From contig OX597839.1 of assembly GCA_951406725.2 (NCBI GenBank), positions 27,962,001-28,026,000 of the forward strand: a stretch of DNA of 64,000 nucleotides, written 5' to 3'. The position numbers were made by a program, and so were the translations under genes. Shown piece by piece: positions 35,938-49,796 of the stretch. The notes beneath the pieces are model-generated. The model saw only the letters and a program-made list of their open reading frames with translations, did no database searches and was not told the DNA's origin. Numbering within the stretch: the first letter of the stretch is position 1; each line of letters begins with the position of its first letter. This DNA comes from Octopus vulgaris. Its lineage: Eukaryota.

Positions 35938-37282
35938 TACATGTAAGTTCTCTAGACATCCTAGTGGTTGAGGCTATACTCATGAAGTAATGTAGATAAT
36001 TATATATATATACTATGAAGTAATGTAGATAATAATATATATATGCCTTTCCCTTGGGCAACGTCGATGGTGTGGAGAGGGGAAGCTGGTATGTATGGGC
36101 GACTGCTGGTCTTCCATAAACAACCTTGCCCAGATTTGTGCCTTGGAGGGTCACTTTCGGGGTGCAATCTGATGGTCATTCATGACCGGGGGCTGGGGAG
36201 TCGTTACTTTTACAATAATGTGGAAATGACAGCTGTGTAAAGCAGAGTACAGTATTATGTGTTGTTTAATAATGCAGTAAAGAGGAACTGGGTAGAAATA
36301 TGGTGTAGGTACAGGGTAGGAGTGTGTTAATGTGTATTGATACAAGCACGTTCTCTATAAACACCCGGGTAAAAATAACTCTTGGTTAACAACATTCTTT
36401 TCCCTGAAATAAACCTCTGACTGCCAGGTGTCGATCAGTCTTTACATGAAAATTTGTATGGACTTGTACCTGGGTAAGCAATATCTCTTTCTATCTCTCT
36501 CTCTCCATATACACACACACACACCTTTATATATATACTTATTCACACAGGTGAATACATACGCACACACATACACACCTACACTGCACTTGTAAATGTT
36601 TCTCACACATCTCTATTGTGTGTGTATGTGTGCGTAAATACGCAGCAGGTGGCCTGTGTCAGTATTGCAGACTAGGGAGTTCCTATGGTGGTTGAGTAAC
36701 TGAAATCATTCCAAACTCTAATCCTCAGCTTAGAGATTTGGCCATGAATCCAGCAAATGAAGACCAGTACTTCTTTTAATGTGGGATGTTAATTGTAGAT
36801 TTTCTCTCAAAAGACATAACTTCCTCTTTCCATTCAAGTCTTGTGAAAATTTTGGTCTCTCAGACCGATAAAATAAGCACCACTCTTTGAAATAAAAGAC
36901 CTGCCATTGTACCCCCACCATCGCTTGCCAACCAATGTTGGTGTGTTTACATCCCCGTAACTTAGCAGTTCAGCAAAAGAGACCGATGGAATAAGTACTA
37001 GGCTTACAAAGAATAAGTCCTGGGGGTTGATTTGTTCAACTAAAGGCAGTGCTCCAGCATGGCCACAGTCAAAAAACCTCCGCAGAAATAATTAAAATCT
37101 ACAAAAATCTAAATACCTATCAGCTGCAGAAACCCACAACATACTGAGGAGCCTGTTATATAAATTTACGTATATTAGCCAGAAAAATCTGGGATGTACC
37201 GAGTGCACGATAGGGGAACCACAATGTACCGAGTGCGCAATAGGTGAACCGTGATGTGGCAAGGGTTTACTATATATATACA

Positions 37283-37387
<105 letters not shown>

Positions 37388-37552
37388 CGTTTTTGGATTT
37401 GGTTTGCAAGATTCTTTATATGAGTTCGTGTGTTGAAGCATATTCTGTTGTGTCTGGGGAGAGTAATTTTCTTTTTGTGCCTTATAATTTTACACACTCA
37501 CCGGTAAAATTTCCACTTGCAAGACACAACGAAAATTTTAGGAAAATAGAAA

Positions 37553-37974
37553 TCTCCCTATATATACACGGCAGTTTGTCTGTCTGTGTGTCTGTCAGGT
37601 TGTACCCTCACCCTGACCATGGCTTTCAATTGATTCTGATGAAACTTGACACACACATAGCCCAATGTCATAATTCAAAACTAACGCAGCGAAAATTTTG
37701 AAAAGTTCCCCCAGTTCTGAAAAAAATCGATAAATTCAACATGGGGTAGAGAATCTAAGCTTTTCATATGCAACACATTTTCTGTTGTAGTTTTCGCAAC
37801 TTGCAATCGGGAGACAGCTAGGAACATCGTATACACAGAAGTATTCGAGTGAAGAGAAGACATTGCAACCTACACATGCGCCTTCGTTCCCTAGAGGGAA
37901 AGGACTAGATTGGGATTAGTCGTTGCCTACTAGGGGCTCTTACATACCCGGGCAACGCCGGGCTATGGTGCTAG
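37553..37974 (+). mobile_element. Non-autonomous Helitron
   Basis: A|TC start (tctccctatatata), subterminal GC hairpin cccgggcaacgccggg at 37947-37962, CTAG|T end, no TSD. Confidence 0.85.
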
Positions 37975-38284
37975 TAAGAAATAAGTGGAAATTTTACCAG
38001 TGAGTATGTTAAATTATAACCTGTCCAACCCATGCCAACATGGAAAAAAGGATGTTAAATGATGATGTTGATGATGTCCAGTGTTCTTGCTGTTGTCTGC
38101 TGAAACAGGGAGTGCACTGGTTGTATTTCACTTCGATTTTATTGTCAATTAATTAGTTTTAATATCAATCAAATAAATAATTAGTTTAATAATTATTTTA
38201 TTTAATTGATTCAGTGTTTTATCAAAGTTCTTTCAGCACACCTTGATACATGGACTTTTTCTTTGCTCTGAGTACAGTAATAGA

Positions 38285-38650
38285 CACGCACACACTCACA
38301 CATATACACTCACACACACACACTCACACATAAACACACACATTCACTCACACATGTACATTCATTCACATTCACACACATTCACTCACACATACACACA
38401 TTCACTCACACACATTCACTCACTCATACACACACATTCACTCACTCACACGCATTCACTCACACACATACATTCATTCACACATACACATTCATTCACA
38501 CACATACACTCACTCACACACACATTCACTCACACACACACGCATTCACTCACACACACAAATTCACTCACACATTCACTCACACACACATTTACTCACA
38601 CACGCATTCACTCACGCACACACATTCACTCGCACACATTCACTCACACA
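38285..38650. repeat. (CA)n/(CATT)n compound tract
   Basis: Seen directly. Confidence 0.9.
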
Positions 38651-38656
38651 CTTTTA

Positions 38657-39500
38657 TACAGGGTGCGGCAGAATTAACACCATTTTTATTTAATTTTTAC
38701 AGTACAAAATTTGTTTTCTTTACTAAATTTTATTCTATAAAAATTTATTACAGGAATTAAAGAAACGTAAAAATATGAAATAATTAAAATAAATTGCCAT
38801 AATTTCAAGAAATTTATTAAATATTGCTCCATCAAAACAGCTTAATTCATTAGGATAAAAAATTTAATCAACAGGCGCAGGAGTGGTTGTGTGGTAAGTA
38901 GCTTGCTAACCAACCACATGGTTCCGGGTTCAGTCCCACTGCGTGGCATCTTGGGCAAGTGTCTTCTGCTATAGCCTTGTGAGTGGATTTGGTAGACGGA
39001 AACTGAAAGAAGCCTGTCGTATATATGTATATGTATATATGTATGTATGTGTGTGTGTTTGTGTGTCTGTGTTTGTCCCCCTAACATTGCTTGACAACCA
39101 ATGCTGGTGTGTTTACGTCCCCGTCACTTAGCGGTTCGGCAAAAGAGACCAATAGAATAAGTACTGGGCTTACAAAGAATAAGTCCCAGGGTCGATTTGC
39201 TCGACTAAAGGCGGTGTTCCAGCATGGCCGCAGTCAAATGACTGAAACAAGTAAAAGAGTAAAGAGTATGTTCAAAACACTCCCCTTCATTTTTACGACA
39301 ATGCTAATTACTTACCAGCAACACTTCTTCAAACCTTTTGACACATTTCCTCGTTAATCGTAGAAAATTTATCAGAAATTGCTTGTTTTAATTCAGGAAT
39401 CGTTTTCAGTTTCAGGGAATAAACAAGATTTTTAAATACACCCCACAAAATAAAGTCAGGTGGGGGTTAAGCCTGGTGATCATGATGGCCACTCAATTGC
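38657..39500 (-). mobile_element. Tc3-like transposon 3' end with terminus, interrupted by SINE A
   Basis: TA|cagggtg terminus; minus relics EWPS*SPGL, PDFILWG, LVYSLKLKTIPELKQAI, EGECFEH (WPxRSPDLTPxDFxLWG-type motif). Confidence 0.78.
38873..39267 (+). mobile_element. SINE family A
   Basis: Near full length; inserted at the last codons of the transposase relic. Confidence 0.9.
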
Positions 39501-39545
39501 TCCACATCATCCTAACCCTAACCTCCCCTCAAAATTAAGATTTAA

Positions 39546-39766
39546 CCCTTTAGTGTTCAGATTACTCTGTTAAATGTAATACTTTTTCACTCAAATTGTT
39601 TTGAATTAATCATGCATTATCTTATAGCTTTGAGGTTTCAATGATGTGATTGTTTATTTTCAGAATGGCATTGTAGGTTAGGAGTGAGAGGCCAGATATC
39701 ACCAGTTTGAATATAAAACATGTAGAATATATTGGGCTGGATTTGGTCGGTTTAAACACTAAAGGG
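39546..39766. mobile_element. piggyBac-type MITE
   Basis: TTAA|ccctttagtgtt ... aacactaaaggg|TTAA, 12-bp perfect TIR. Confidence 0.88.
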
Positions 39767-40029
39767 TTAACCATTCCCTTCCCTTAATCGACTTAATCCC
39801 TTTCCCCAATTCTCAGGTTTTGTGCTTCCAGTAAAAAGGAAAAATTAAGTACCAGTTGCATACTGGGGTCGATGTAATTGACTATCCCCCTCCCACAAAT
39901 TACAGGCCTTGTGCCTATAGTAGAAAAGTTTGTTGTTGTTGTTGTTGTTGTTATTCCAAGATGTCCTGATAGCATTGGAAGCTGGTCCTAGTGGAGCCAG
40001 GAGGAATGCAAAACAGTTTGGATATTTGG

Positions 40030-40258
40030 CATCGAACTGGCAGAGTCGTTAGTGTGCTGGACGAAATGCTTAACAGTATTTCGCTGATTGCTACGTTCTG
40101 TGTTCAAATTCCGCTGAGGTTGACTTTGCCTTTCATCCTTTCGGGGTCGATAAATAAAGTACCAGTTACGAACTGGGGTCGATGTAATCGACTTAATCCG
40201 TTTGTCTGTCCTTGTTTGTCCCCTCTGTGTTTAGCCCCTTGTGGGTGGTAAAGAAATA
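40030..40258 (+). mobile_element. SINE family C, 15-bp TSD
   Basis: agtttggatatttgg at 40015-40029 and 40259-40273. Confidence 0.9.
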
Positions 40259-40430
40259 AGTTTGGATATTTGGAGAAGGCTTGTCGCCTGTTGTGCTAAC
40301 AACACTGGAGTATCTAAGAGCTAAGGTAAGGGCCCCATGGTGAATCCCTTTGAAACGCCTGTTGGAGAGTTGAACTTGAGATCTGTGCACTGGTAGCCTC
40401 CTAACGCTTCATCCATTCCTCTATGCATCA

Positions 40431-40539
<109 letters not shown>

Positions 40540-40643
40540 TGTTACACCATTGCTCTTCATGCTACTCTGCCGGCTGCTTGCTTGTTGCCATGCAACACAC
40601 AACAGCAGCAGCAACAACAAAACTGTGAAAGATAAAACAAACA

Positions 40644-40688
<45 letters not shown>

Positions 40689-40743
40689 ATGTATATATAT
40701 ATACATACATACATACATATGTATATATATGTATATGTATATA

Positions 40744-40783
<40 letters not shown>

Positions 40784-41094
40784 TATGTATGTATGTATGT
40801 ATGTATATATATATATAAATATATATATATATACATATATATGTATGTATATATATATATATATATATATTTATGTATATATATATATAGCATAAAATAA
40901 ACAGCATGTAACAGGGGGGAAAGGTAAAGAGAAAAAATAACAGTAAAACACTAAAAACTATTTTTTCTAATGCAATCCCACTGAATACCTTCACACCACC
41001 ACTGCCACCTCCACCTCCACTGACATCATCACCCTACTATTTATTGTCTTTCCACCATTTTAGCTTTCTTAATGTGTCAGGTCTGATAAAACTG

Positions 41095-42060
41095 GCATCA
41101 TCATCATCATCATTACTATCACCACCACCACCACCACCATCATCATAGTCTTCATCATCATCATCATCGTAGTCATAATTATAGTCATTATCGTTATCAT
41201 TGTCATCACCATCATCACCACCATCATCATCATCACCATTGCAATCACCATCATCATCATCACCACCACCATCATCACACCATCACCATCATCACCACCA
41301 CCACCATCACCACCACCACCATCATCACCACCATCATACCACCATCATCACACCATCACCACCACCACCACCATCACCACCACCACCATCACCACCACCA
41401 CCATCACCACACCATCACCATCACCATCATCACACCACCATCACCATCATTATCATCATCGTTATCAACTTCATAGTTATCTTCTGATCATCATAGTCAT
41501 CACCATCATCATCACGATCGTCATCATCAATCTTCATCACCGTTGTCAATGTCATCAATCATCAGCCATCACTCCTGTTTACAGAAGGGGTGAAGTTCTT
41601 TCTAAACAAACTACAGTCACTCAGCTATTTACGATATCCATTCCCACCACCTCCACCGCACTCCCGTCCATGTCATGCTACTGCACCACCGTACCAATCT
41701 ACACCACCCATAACTCCTCACCCTAACTACGGCCCTTATTGCACCCACATACCACACCGCCTTCATATACACTGTTAATGCATTACTGTGCCCTGTACCA
41801 CCCCAGGAACAGCCACACACCACCACACCGACAACACCCACAAACACCAACACTCCCGCACCACCAACACTGCACCACCAACACCCCCATACCGACAACA
41901 CCACCACACCAACACTCCCACACCACCACACTACCAACACCCCCATACCAACACTCCCACACCACCACACTACCAACACCCCCATAACACCCCCATACCA
42001 TCAACACCGCCACCCTACCGACTTCAGCATCACATACCACCCACCTCTGCATCCGTCCAC
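41095..42060. repeat. (CAT/CAC)n and CA-rich low-complexity tract
   Basis: Seen directly; includes a ~39-bp unit accaacactcccacaccaccacactaccaacacccccat repeated near 41909-41990. Confidence 0.85.
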
Positions 42061-42439
42061 TGCATCTCCTAGCCTTTCCGTCTCCTCACCATGTGCACCC
42101 TCACTAACCATCCCTCTTCAGCATCCCGCCTCCCCGCCGAATTCACCAAACACCACCCACTCCACATTCCTCCACTGCGCCTCCTTGTTTTTCCAACCCC
42201 TTGCCACATGCCCTTGCTACCAGCCCTCCACACCACTGCACTTTTACATCATTCCCTCCACAAGGCATATCACACCAAATACTTCACCACAACGCCAACG
42301 CCATTCTACTAGATTAGACCAGCAGCCCCCACACATATTTTACTCAGATCCCTTATATGATTTCCAAAAAAACAAAATCACAGAGCCCCTACCTTTATTC
42401 TACAGACAACCATCAACACCTTAATTTTAACAACATTAA

Positions 42440-42645
42440 TTCTCTTTTAGTTGTTTCAGTCATTTGACTGTGGCCATGCTGGAGCACCGCCTTTAGTCGA
42501 GCAAATCGACCCAGGACTTATTCTTTGTAAGCCTAGTACTTATTCTATCAGTTTCTTTTGCCAAACTGCTAAGTTACGGGGACATAGACACACCAGCATC
42601 GGTTGTCAAGCAATGTTGGGGGGACAAACACAGACACAAACATAT

Positions 42646-42680
<35 letters not shown>

Positions 42681-42869
42681 CATACATATATACATACATA
42701 TATATGATGGGCTTCTTTCAGTTTCCATCTCCCAAATCCACTCACAAGGCTTTGGTCGACCCGAGGCTATAGTAGAAGACACTTGCCCAAGGTGCCATGC
42801 AGTGGGACTGAACCCAGAACCATCTGGCTGGTAAGCAATCTACTTACCACACAGCCACTCCTACGCCTA
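42440..42869 (-). mobile_element. SINE family A
   Basis: Reverse-complement match. Confidence 0.9.
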
Positions 42870-42965
42870 TTTCTGTTGAAATACACTGCTTTCATTTCAA
42901 TTAATTTTGAAAATATTGAGGAATTTAGTCAAATATTTTTGTCGTTATTATTAAATAGGTATGTG

Positions 42966-43181
42966 AAGGTGGAGAGCTGGCAGAATCATTAGCATGCTGG
43001 GCGAAATGCTTAGCAGTATTTTGCCCACCATTACGTTCTGAGTTCAAATTCTGCCGAGGTTGACTTTGCAGTATCACCCTTTCAGGGTCGATAAATTAAA
43101 TACCTGTGAAACACTGGCGTCGATGTAATCAACTAGTCTCCTCACCCCAAAATTACAGGCTTTGTGCCTATAGTAGAATGG

Positions 43182-43219
<38 letters not shown>

Positions 43220-43721
43220 CATTATTAAGGTGGTGAGCTGGCAGAGTTGTGAGCACACCGGACGAAATGCTTAGCGGTATTTCATCTGCCGCTACGTTCT
43301 GAGTTCAAATTCCACTGAGATTGACTTTGCTTTTCATCCTTTTTGGGGTCGATTAAATAAGTACCAGATGAACACTGGGGTTGATATAATCGACTCATCC
43401 CCCACCTCCCCCAAGCTGCCCTTGTGTCAAAAATTTGAAATAATTATTAAATAAGTATGTAAGACGGAAAGCTGGCAGAATTGTTACCATGCCATGCAAA
43501 ATGCTTAGCGCCATTCCGTTCGTCTTTATGTTCTGAGTTCAAATGTCGCTGAGGTCGACTTTGCCTTTCATCCTTTTGGAGTCAATAAATTAAGTACCAG
43601 TTATTAATTAGGTCGATGTAATCAACTGATCCCTTCCTCCAAATCTCAGGCCTTGTGCCTATAGTAGAAAGGATTATTAAATAAGTATTTATTCTGCCAT
43701 GGTTGACTTTGCCTTTCACCC
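42966..43721 (+). mobile_element. Head-to-tail cluster of SINE C copies
   Basis: agctggcaga heads at ~42975, ~43236 and ~43470, each followed by ttctgagttcaaat..gactttgc..taccag; a fourth partial copy is split by the solo LTR. Confidence 0.82.
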
Positions 43722-44154
43722 TGTTGTATAGTAAAACTGTATACCCCTCCCAGTAAAAAGTGGTAGGAGTCAGCCATTATAAATAGACCAGTAGCCAGTC
43801 ATCAAGAGTGGGTCGAGAGTCGAAGAGTTGACAGTTCTAGTCAGAGTCCTGTGAAGTTATCAGTGATAGCTAGATAGAAGAAGTTAGTGTATTACGATTC
43901 CGGTATGAAGAGATACAACGGTATCCGATAACTCTTTACTCTTTCTCTTTTACTCTTTTACTTGTTTCAGTCATTTGACTGCGGCCATGTTGGAGCACCG
44001 CCTTTAGTCGAGCAAATCAACCCCGGGACTTATTCTTTGTAAGCCCAGTACTTATTCTATCAGTCTCTTTTTGCCGAACCGCTAAGTGACAGGGACGTAA
44101 ACACACCAGCATCGGTTGTCAAGCAATGCTAGGGGGACAAACACAGACACACAA

Positions 44155-44185
<31 letters not shown>

Positions 44186-44437
44186 CACGTCAGGCTTCTT
44201 TCAGTTTCCGTCTACCAAATCCACTCACAAGGCATTGGTCGGCCCGGGGCTATAGCAGAAGACACTTGCCCAAGATGCCACGCAGTGGGACTGAACCCTA
44301 AACCATGTGGTTGGTAAGCAAGCTACTTACCACACTGCCACTCCTGCCATAACTATTATGGCTACTAGCATAAAACAGCAACTACAGGACAACAGCAGTC
44401 ACACATCACACCAATGGGAAGAACCCACTTCACAACA
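43722..44437 (+). mobile_element. Solo LTR (~295 bp net) containing a SINE A insertion
   Basis: TGTTGT...ACAACA termini; 5-bp TSD caccc/catcc splitting a SINE C motif gcctttcatcctttc; TATAAATA at 43778-43785. Confidence 0.78.
43934..44348 (-). mobile_element. SINE family A, 6-bp TSD ataact
   Basis: ataact at 43928-43933 and 44349-44354. Confidence 0.92.
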
Positions 44438-44875
44438 CATCCTTTCAGGCTTGATGAAATAAATACCAGTCAAGCACTGGGATCGATGTCATCAACTGCC
44501 CCCATCCCCCAAATTTCAATTCCTTGTGTCTTGTTCCTTATTAAATTAGCATTTGGAACATGAATTAACATGACCTTTTAATGGAAGGTTTTCGTTTAGA
44601 TCACTTTAACTCTTTTGTTACCATATATCTGTTGAAATACACTGTCTTTGTTTCAATTAATTTTGAAAATAATGAAGAATTTAGTCAAATAAATATGTCG
44701 TTATTAGTGAACTAGTAATAGGTGGGGCAAACCGGCAGCATCATTAGCACATCAGGGAAAATGCTCAGCATCATTTCTTCAAACTTTCCATTCTGAGTTC
44801 CTTTTCTGCCAAGATCAACTTTGCCTTTCATCCTTTAGGGGTCAGTAAAATAATATCACTACAACACACACTGCT

Positions 44876-45432
44876 TACCAGGGTCTCCAGAGAAATTTGG
44901 CCCAGTGAAACCAGACTGCTTTTGAACCCAAAGGAGATGGTGGTGGGGAAGGGGTCCTCGTGATTCAAGATGGATTATGAGGTTTTTATTTTCATAGACA
45001 AGAGCCCAGCAGATAATCAAGGGTCGCTACCAGGGTCTCCCAAGAGAAATTTGGCTCAGTGAAACTGGACTAATTTTGAACCCATGGAGATTAGGTGGTG
45101 GGGCCTCTCCTGATTCAAGATGGATTATGAGGTTTTTATTTTCATAGACAGGAGCCCAGCAAATAATCAAGAGTCACTACCGGGGTCTCCCAAGAGAAAT
45201 TTGGCTCAGTGAAACTGGACTACTTTTGAACCCATGGAGATTAGGTGGTGGGGCCTCTCCTGATCCAAGGTAGATTATGAGGTTTTTATTTTCATAGACA
45301 GGAGCCCAGCAAATAATCAAGGGTCACTACCAGGGTCTCCCAAGAGAAATTTGGCTCAGTGAAACTGGACTGGGGTGGCCTCTCCTGTTTCATTTTCATA
45401 GACATGGGTCCAGCAGATAATCAAGGGTTCCT
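44876..45432. repeat. 150-bp tandem satellite, about 3.7 units
   Basis: tacc(a/g)gggtctcc starts at 44876, 45028, 45178 and 45328. Confidence 0.92.
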
Positions 45433-45788
45433 ACTTAGATCTCCAAAACCAACCCCTGTCTACCGCTACCCCTACCCCACTCCACACCACCAATACATTA
45501 GCAGTGCTAAACTATAACAGTAACTACAACACTGCTACACTGCCACCACACTTTGATGCACTATGCTAACCCTCCCACTCTCTACTACCCCCACATCTCT
45601 ATTCTTATTATCTGCCCCTGCATCTTAAACAACAAATGGAGATGGTGATAGGGTTTCAATCTTACCTCTGAAGATGTTTACAAGAAAAGAAAAAAAAGGG
45701 TTTCTTTCTTGGGTTCCTTGTGTTTCTCTCATGTTTCTCCAATTTTCTTGAGACTCGACTCCACCCTCTTCCTCTACCCCACCCCACT

Positions 45789-45820
<32 letters not shown>

Positions 45821-46639
45821 GACATACCCTCCAGTACCATGTGACTTTCATGAATCAGATATTGTCTATTGATAGTTTATTAGGAACTGCGTGGCAAGGG
45901 TAGGGGAGGGGATGGAGGGGGAGGTAGAGAGAAGTGATTGGAGACGGATAGAGGGGGGTGGGGGGTTAAAGGTCACGTGTGCCTTTAATTCCTGCCTTTG
46001 TCTCTTGTTATTAAAAAGAAAAGAAATAATTGTTATTGTCACGGGCACACTTCAGCAGAGGACTCGGTGTGTGTGTGTGTGTGTGTGTGTGTGTAGGCAT
46101 GTGTGTGTGTGCATGGATGTGTGTGCATATGTGTGTTTCTGTGTGTGCACATGTGTGTGTATGTTTCTGTATGTGCAAGTGTATGTGCGTGTGTATGCTT
46201 ATGTGTGCACGTGTGTGTATGATTCTGTGTGTGCAAGTGTATGTGTGTGTGTGTATGTTTCTGTATGTGCATGTGTGTGTGTGTGTTCCTGTGTGTTCAT
46301 ATATGTGTGTGTGTCTGTGTGTGCATGTTTCTGAATGTGCTGATGTGTGCTTTTATGTATGCATATGTGTATGTTTGTGGTTCTGTGTGTTCATCTGTGT
46401 GTGTGTATGTGTGTATTCATAAGCATCACTGTGCTCGCATATGTTTCTCTGTGTGTGTGTGTGTGTGTTTCTGTGTATACACATGCAAGTGTTTACATAT
46501 AAGGCAGGGTGGGGGAAGAGGGGGGACTGGGTGTAGCGTGTGAGGGTATGTGTTTGAGACAAACCTGTTTGCAACGTTCTAGCCAATCACATGATGGTTT
46601 ACCTGTAAAAGTCTTTCTGACCTGGAGTCTTTCATAATT

Positions 46640-47230
46640 GTCATCACCACGACCACCACCACCACCACCATCATCATCATCACTATCATCACTGTCATCA
46701 TCATCATCGTCAACATCATCATCATCATCAAGACAACCACCACCATGACCGCTACCACCATCATCATCATCATCATCACTATCATCACCACCATCATCAC
46801 CGTCATCATCATCATCATCGTCAACAACATCATCATCATCAAGACAACCACCACCATGACCGCTACCACCACCATTGTAATCATTGTTATTATCGCCATC
46901 CTCATTATCACTGGCAGCACAAATGAAAACCAATATCGTCATCACCTTCATCGTCATCACCATCACCTTCCTTTCTGTCTATTACCATCATCATCATCAT
47001 CATCATCTTCACTATGATCCCCATCACCTTCATCACCATCTCCTTCCCCAGTAATATCGTCATCATCATCATCATCATCGTCACCGTCTTCACCCTCCTC
47101 CTTATTGTAATTGCCATCACCATCCTTGCAACCATCATCAGCATCATCATTGTGTTATTACCCCTTAACTGATTTTGTGCTATTCATCATCACCATCATC
47201 ATCACCATTATCATCATCATCGTCATCATC
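46640..47230. repeat. (CAT)n low-complexity tract
   Basis: Seen directly; explains poly-D/M ORFs. Confidence 0.9.
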
Positions 47231-48045
47231 ACTTAGCATCCATTTTCAATGCTGCCATGGGTTGGATGGTTCGACAGGGTCCGACAAGTCAGAATACTGC
47301 ACCAATGCCTGCTGACTGTTGAGGCATGGTTTCTATGGCTGGATGCCCTTCCTAATGCCAACCACTTCACAGAATCTTATCATCATCTTCAAGGTCAGTG
47401 AGTTGACAGATTTTGTAGTAGTAGTAGTAGTAGTTGTAGTAGTAGTAGTGATGGTGGTGGTGGTGGTAGTAGTAGTAGTGGTGGTGGTGGTAGTAGTAGT
47501 GGTGGTGGTAGTGTTAGTAGTAGTGGTAACAGTAGTAGGGGGGGCCATGCCCTGTAACTGTGCATCCCTGCATCCACCATTTGTTGGTGGTTCCTTACTA
47601 CCCTTGGCAGATGAGACCCTTGCACCACTCAGGCAACAATCCCCCTAACCCTTGGGTCTGTATGGTTTTTGGTAACTGTTGCTGGTGAGGGTTTTACAAG
47701 GTCAGAGTGCAAACCCTACCTCAACCTCTTATAAGTTGCCTTTGTGAAACACAGAGGAAATGTTGGGTTTATTCTTTGGCATGCAGATCCCCACACAACA
47801 AGGGATATTGTAGTAGTGGTGGTGGTGGTATGGGAGTATCGCAGCATCCACCACATGCACGGCTATTCTAGAAACAGCTGTAAGAGCCCTTACCTATTAT
47901 TTCTTAATCCCTTATTTACCCTAATTAATCTGCAATTAGGTTTGAATCATAAATTACATCCCCTAAAGTGATACCACATGTTTTGCTTGTCGTTTATTTC
48001 TAATAAAAGATCTTTCTATCTGTCTATCTTTCCAACCATCCATCT

Positions 48046-48079
<34 letters not shown>

Positions 48080-48395
48080 TAGTTATACAGGCATTATTGT
48101 GCATCTACAGATGTTGATGCATGTGCATATACGTGTGCAAGTGTTTCCATGTGTTTGAATGTGTTACACTTGTGAGTAAATGTGGTAAGCAGAGACTGTA
48201 TGTGTGTGTGTTTTGTATATATATATATATATATACACTCTCGGAGTGGTTGGCGTTAGGAAGGGCATCCAGCTGTAGAAACTCTGCCAAATCAAGACTG
48301 GAGCCTGGTACAGCCATCTGGTTGCCAGCCCTCAGTCAAAATCGTCCAACCCATGCTAGCATGGAAAACGGACGTTAAATGTTGAATAAAAAATA

Positions 48396-48436
<41 letters not shown>

Positions 48437-48798
48437 GTGTGTATATGTGTATCTTTTTTTTTTCATTTGTTTCCGTCATTAGACTGTGGCCATGCTGGAG
48501 CACCACCTTGAAGAATTTTTAGTTGAACGCTTCAACCCATGTACTTCTTTTTAAAATCTGGTTCTTGTTCTATCAATTGTTAAGTGGGGCCGAGCACACA
48601 CACATGTACATATATATCTACATATATACAATGGGCTTCGCTCAGTTTCCATCTAACAAATCTACTCACAAGGCTTTGATAGGCCCAAAGCTACAGTTGG
48701 AGACACTTTCTCAAGGTGCCATACAGGGGGACTGAACTCAGAACCATGTGGTTGGAAAGCAAGCTTCTTAGCACACAGCCATGCCTGCACCTATATAT

Positions 48799-49215
48799 AC
48801 TCTTTTACTCTTTTACTTGTTTCAGTCATTTGACTGCGGCCATGCTGGACCACTACCTTTAGTCGAGCAAATCGACCCCAGGACTTATTCTTTGTAAGCC
48901 TAGTACTTATTCTATCAGTCTCTTTTGCCAAACCGCTAAGTTACGGGGACGTAAACACACCAGCATCGTTTGTTAAGCGATGTTGGAGGGACAAACACAG
49001 ACACACAAACATATACACACACATACACATATATATATATATACATATATACAACGGGCTTCTTTCAGTCTCCGTCTACCAAATCCACTCACAAGGCTTT
49101 GGTCATCCCAAGGCTATAGAAGAAAACACTTGCCCAAGGTGCCACGCAGTGGGACTGAACCCGGAACCATGTGGTTGGTAAGCAAGCTACTTACCACACA
49201 GCCACTCCTGCGCCT
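48799..49215 (-). mobile_element. SINE family A
   Basis: Full length; an older copy in the same orientation lies at ~48460-48792. Confidence 0.9.
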
Positions 49216-49420
49216 ATATATATGTATATATATTTCAAAAGTTTATCAAAAACATAACAAACAGAAAATTCATAGCTAATTCATCATCAGTCAATGTCCA
49301 AAAGATCATTACAATTTCATGCCTTTAACGTTGGTGGCGCCAGTAGCAAAAAGTCACTGGGAATAGCTAACAAATGTACAGGACAATGACAAAAACAAAC
49401 AACAAAATAAAACATACATA

Positions 49421-49796
49421 TAGGCACAGGAGTGGCTGTGTGGTAAGTAGCTTGCTTATTAACCACATGGTTCCAGGTTCAATCCCACTGCACAGCACCA
49501 TGGGCAAGAGTCTTCTACTATAGCCTTGGACCGACCAAAGCCTTGTGAGGGGATTTGGTAGACGGAAACTGAAAGAAGCCTGTCGTATATATGTATATAT
49601 ATATGTGTATGTGTGTGTATATGTTTGTGTCAGTGTTTGTCCCCCCAACATCGCTTGACAACGAATGCTGGTTCAGCAAAAGAGACTGATAGAATAAATA
49701 CTAGGCTTACAAAGACTAAGTCCTGGGGTCGATTTGCTCGACTAAAGGTGCTGCTCCAGCATGGCCGCAGTCAAATGACTGAATAAGTAAAAGAGT
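49421..49796 (+). mobile_element. SINE family A
   Basis: Near full length with a small internal deletion. Confidence 0.9.

Noticed and set aside
36428-36473. 46-nt candidate exon (ccag| ... tgg|gtaagc)
   Set aside because: The acceptor is weak, and splicing from the 34273-34400 candidate gives an in-frame stop; no other support.
37144-37190. CTGAGGA...GAAA hammerhead-like spacing
   Set aside because: No stem III with a UH cleavage site and no stem I pairing.
39961-40325. Possible exon interrupted by SINE C (ccaag| ... ctaag|gtaagg)
   Set aside because: After removing the SINE, all three frames contain stop codons, and the acceptor lacks a real pyrimidine tract.
46493-46966. Asp/Gly-rich ORF with a hydrophobic N-terminus resembling an acidic secreted protein
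   Set aside because: It is the reverse complement of a (CAT)n tract with a short internal duplication, overlapping frames are also open, and there is no splice or expression evidence.
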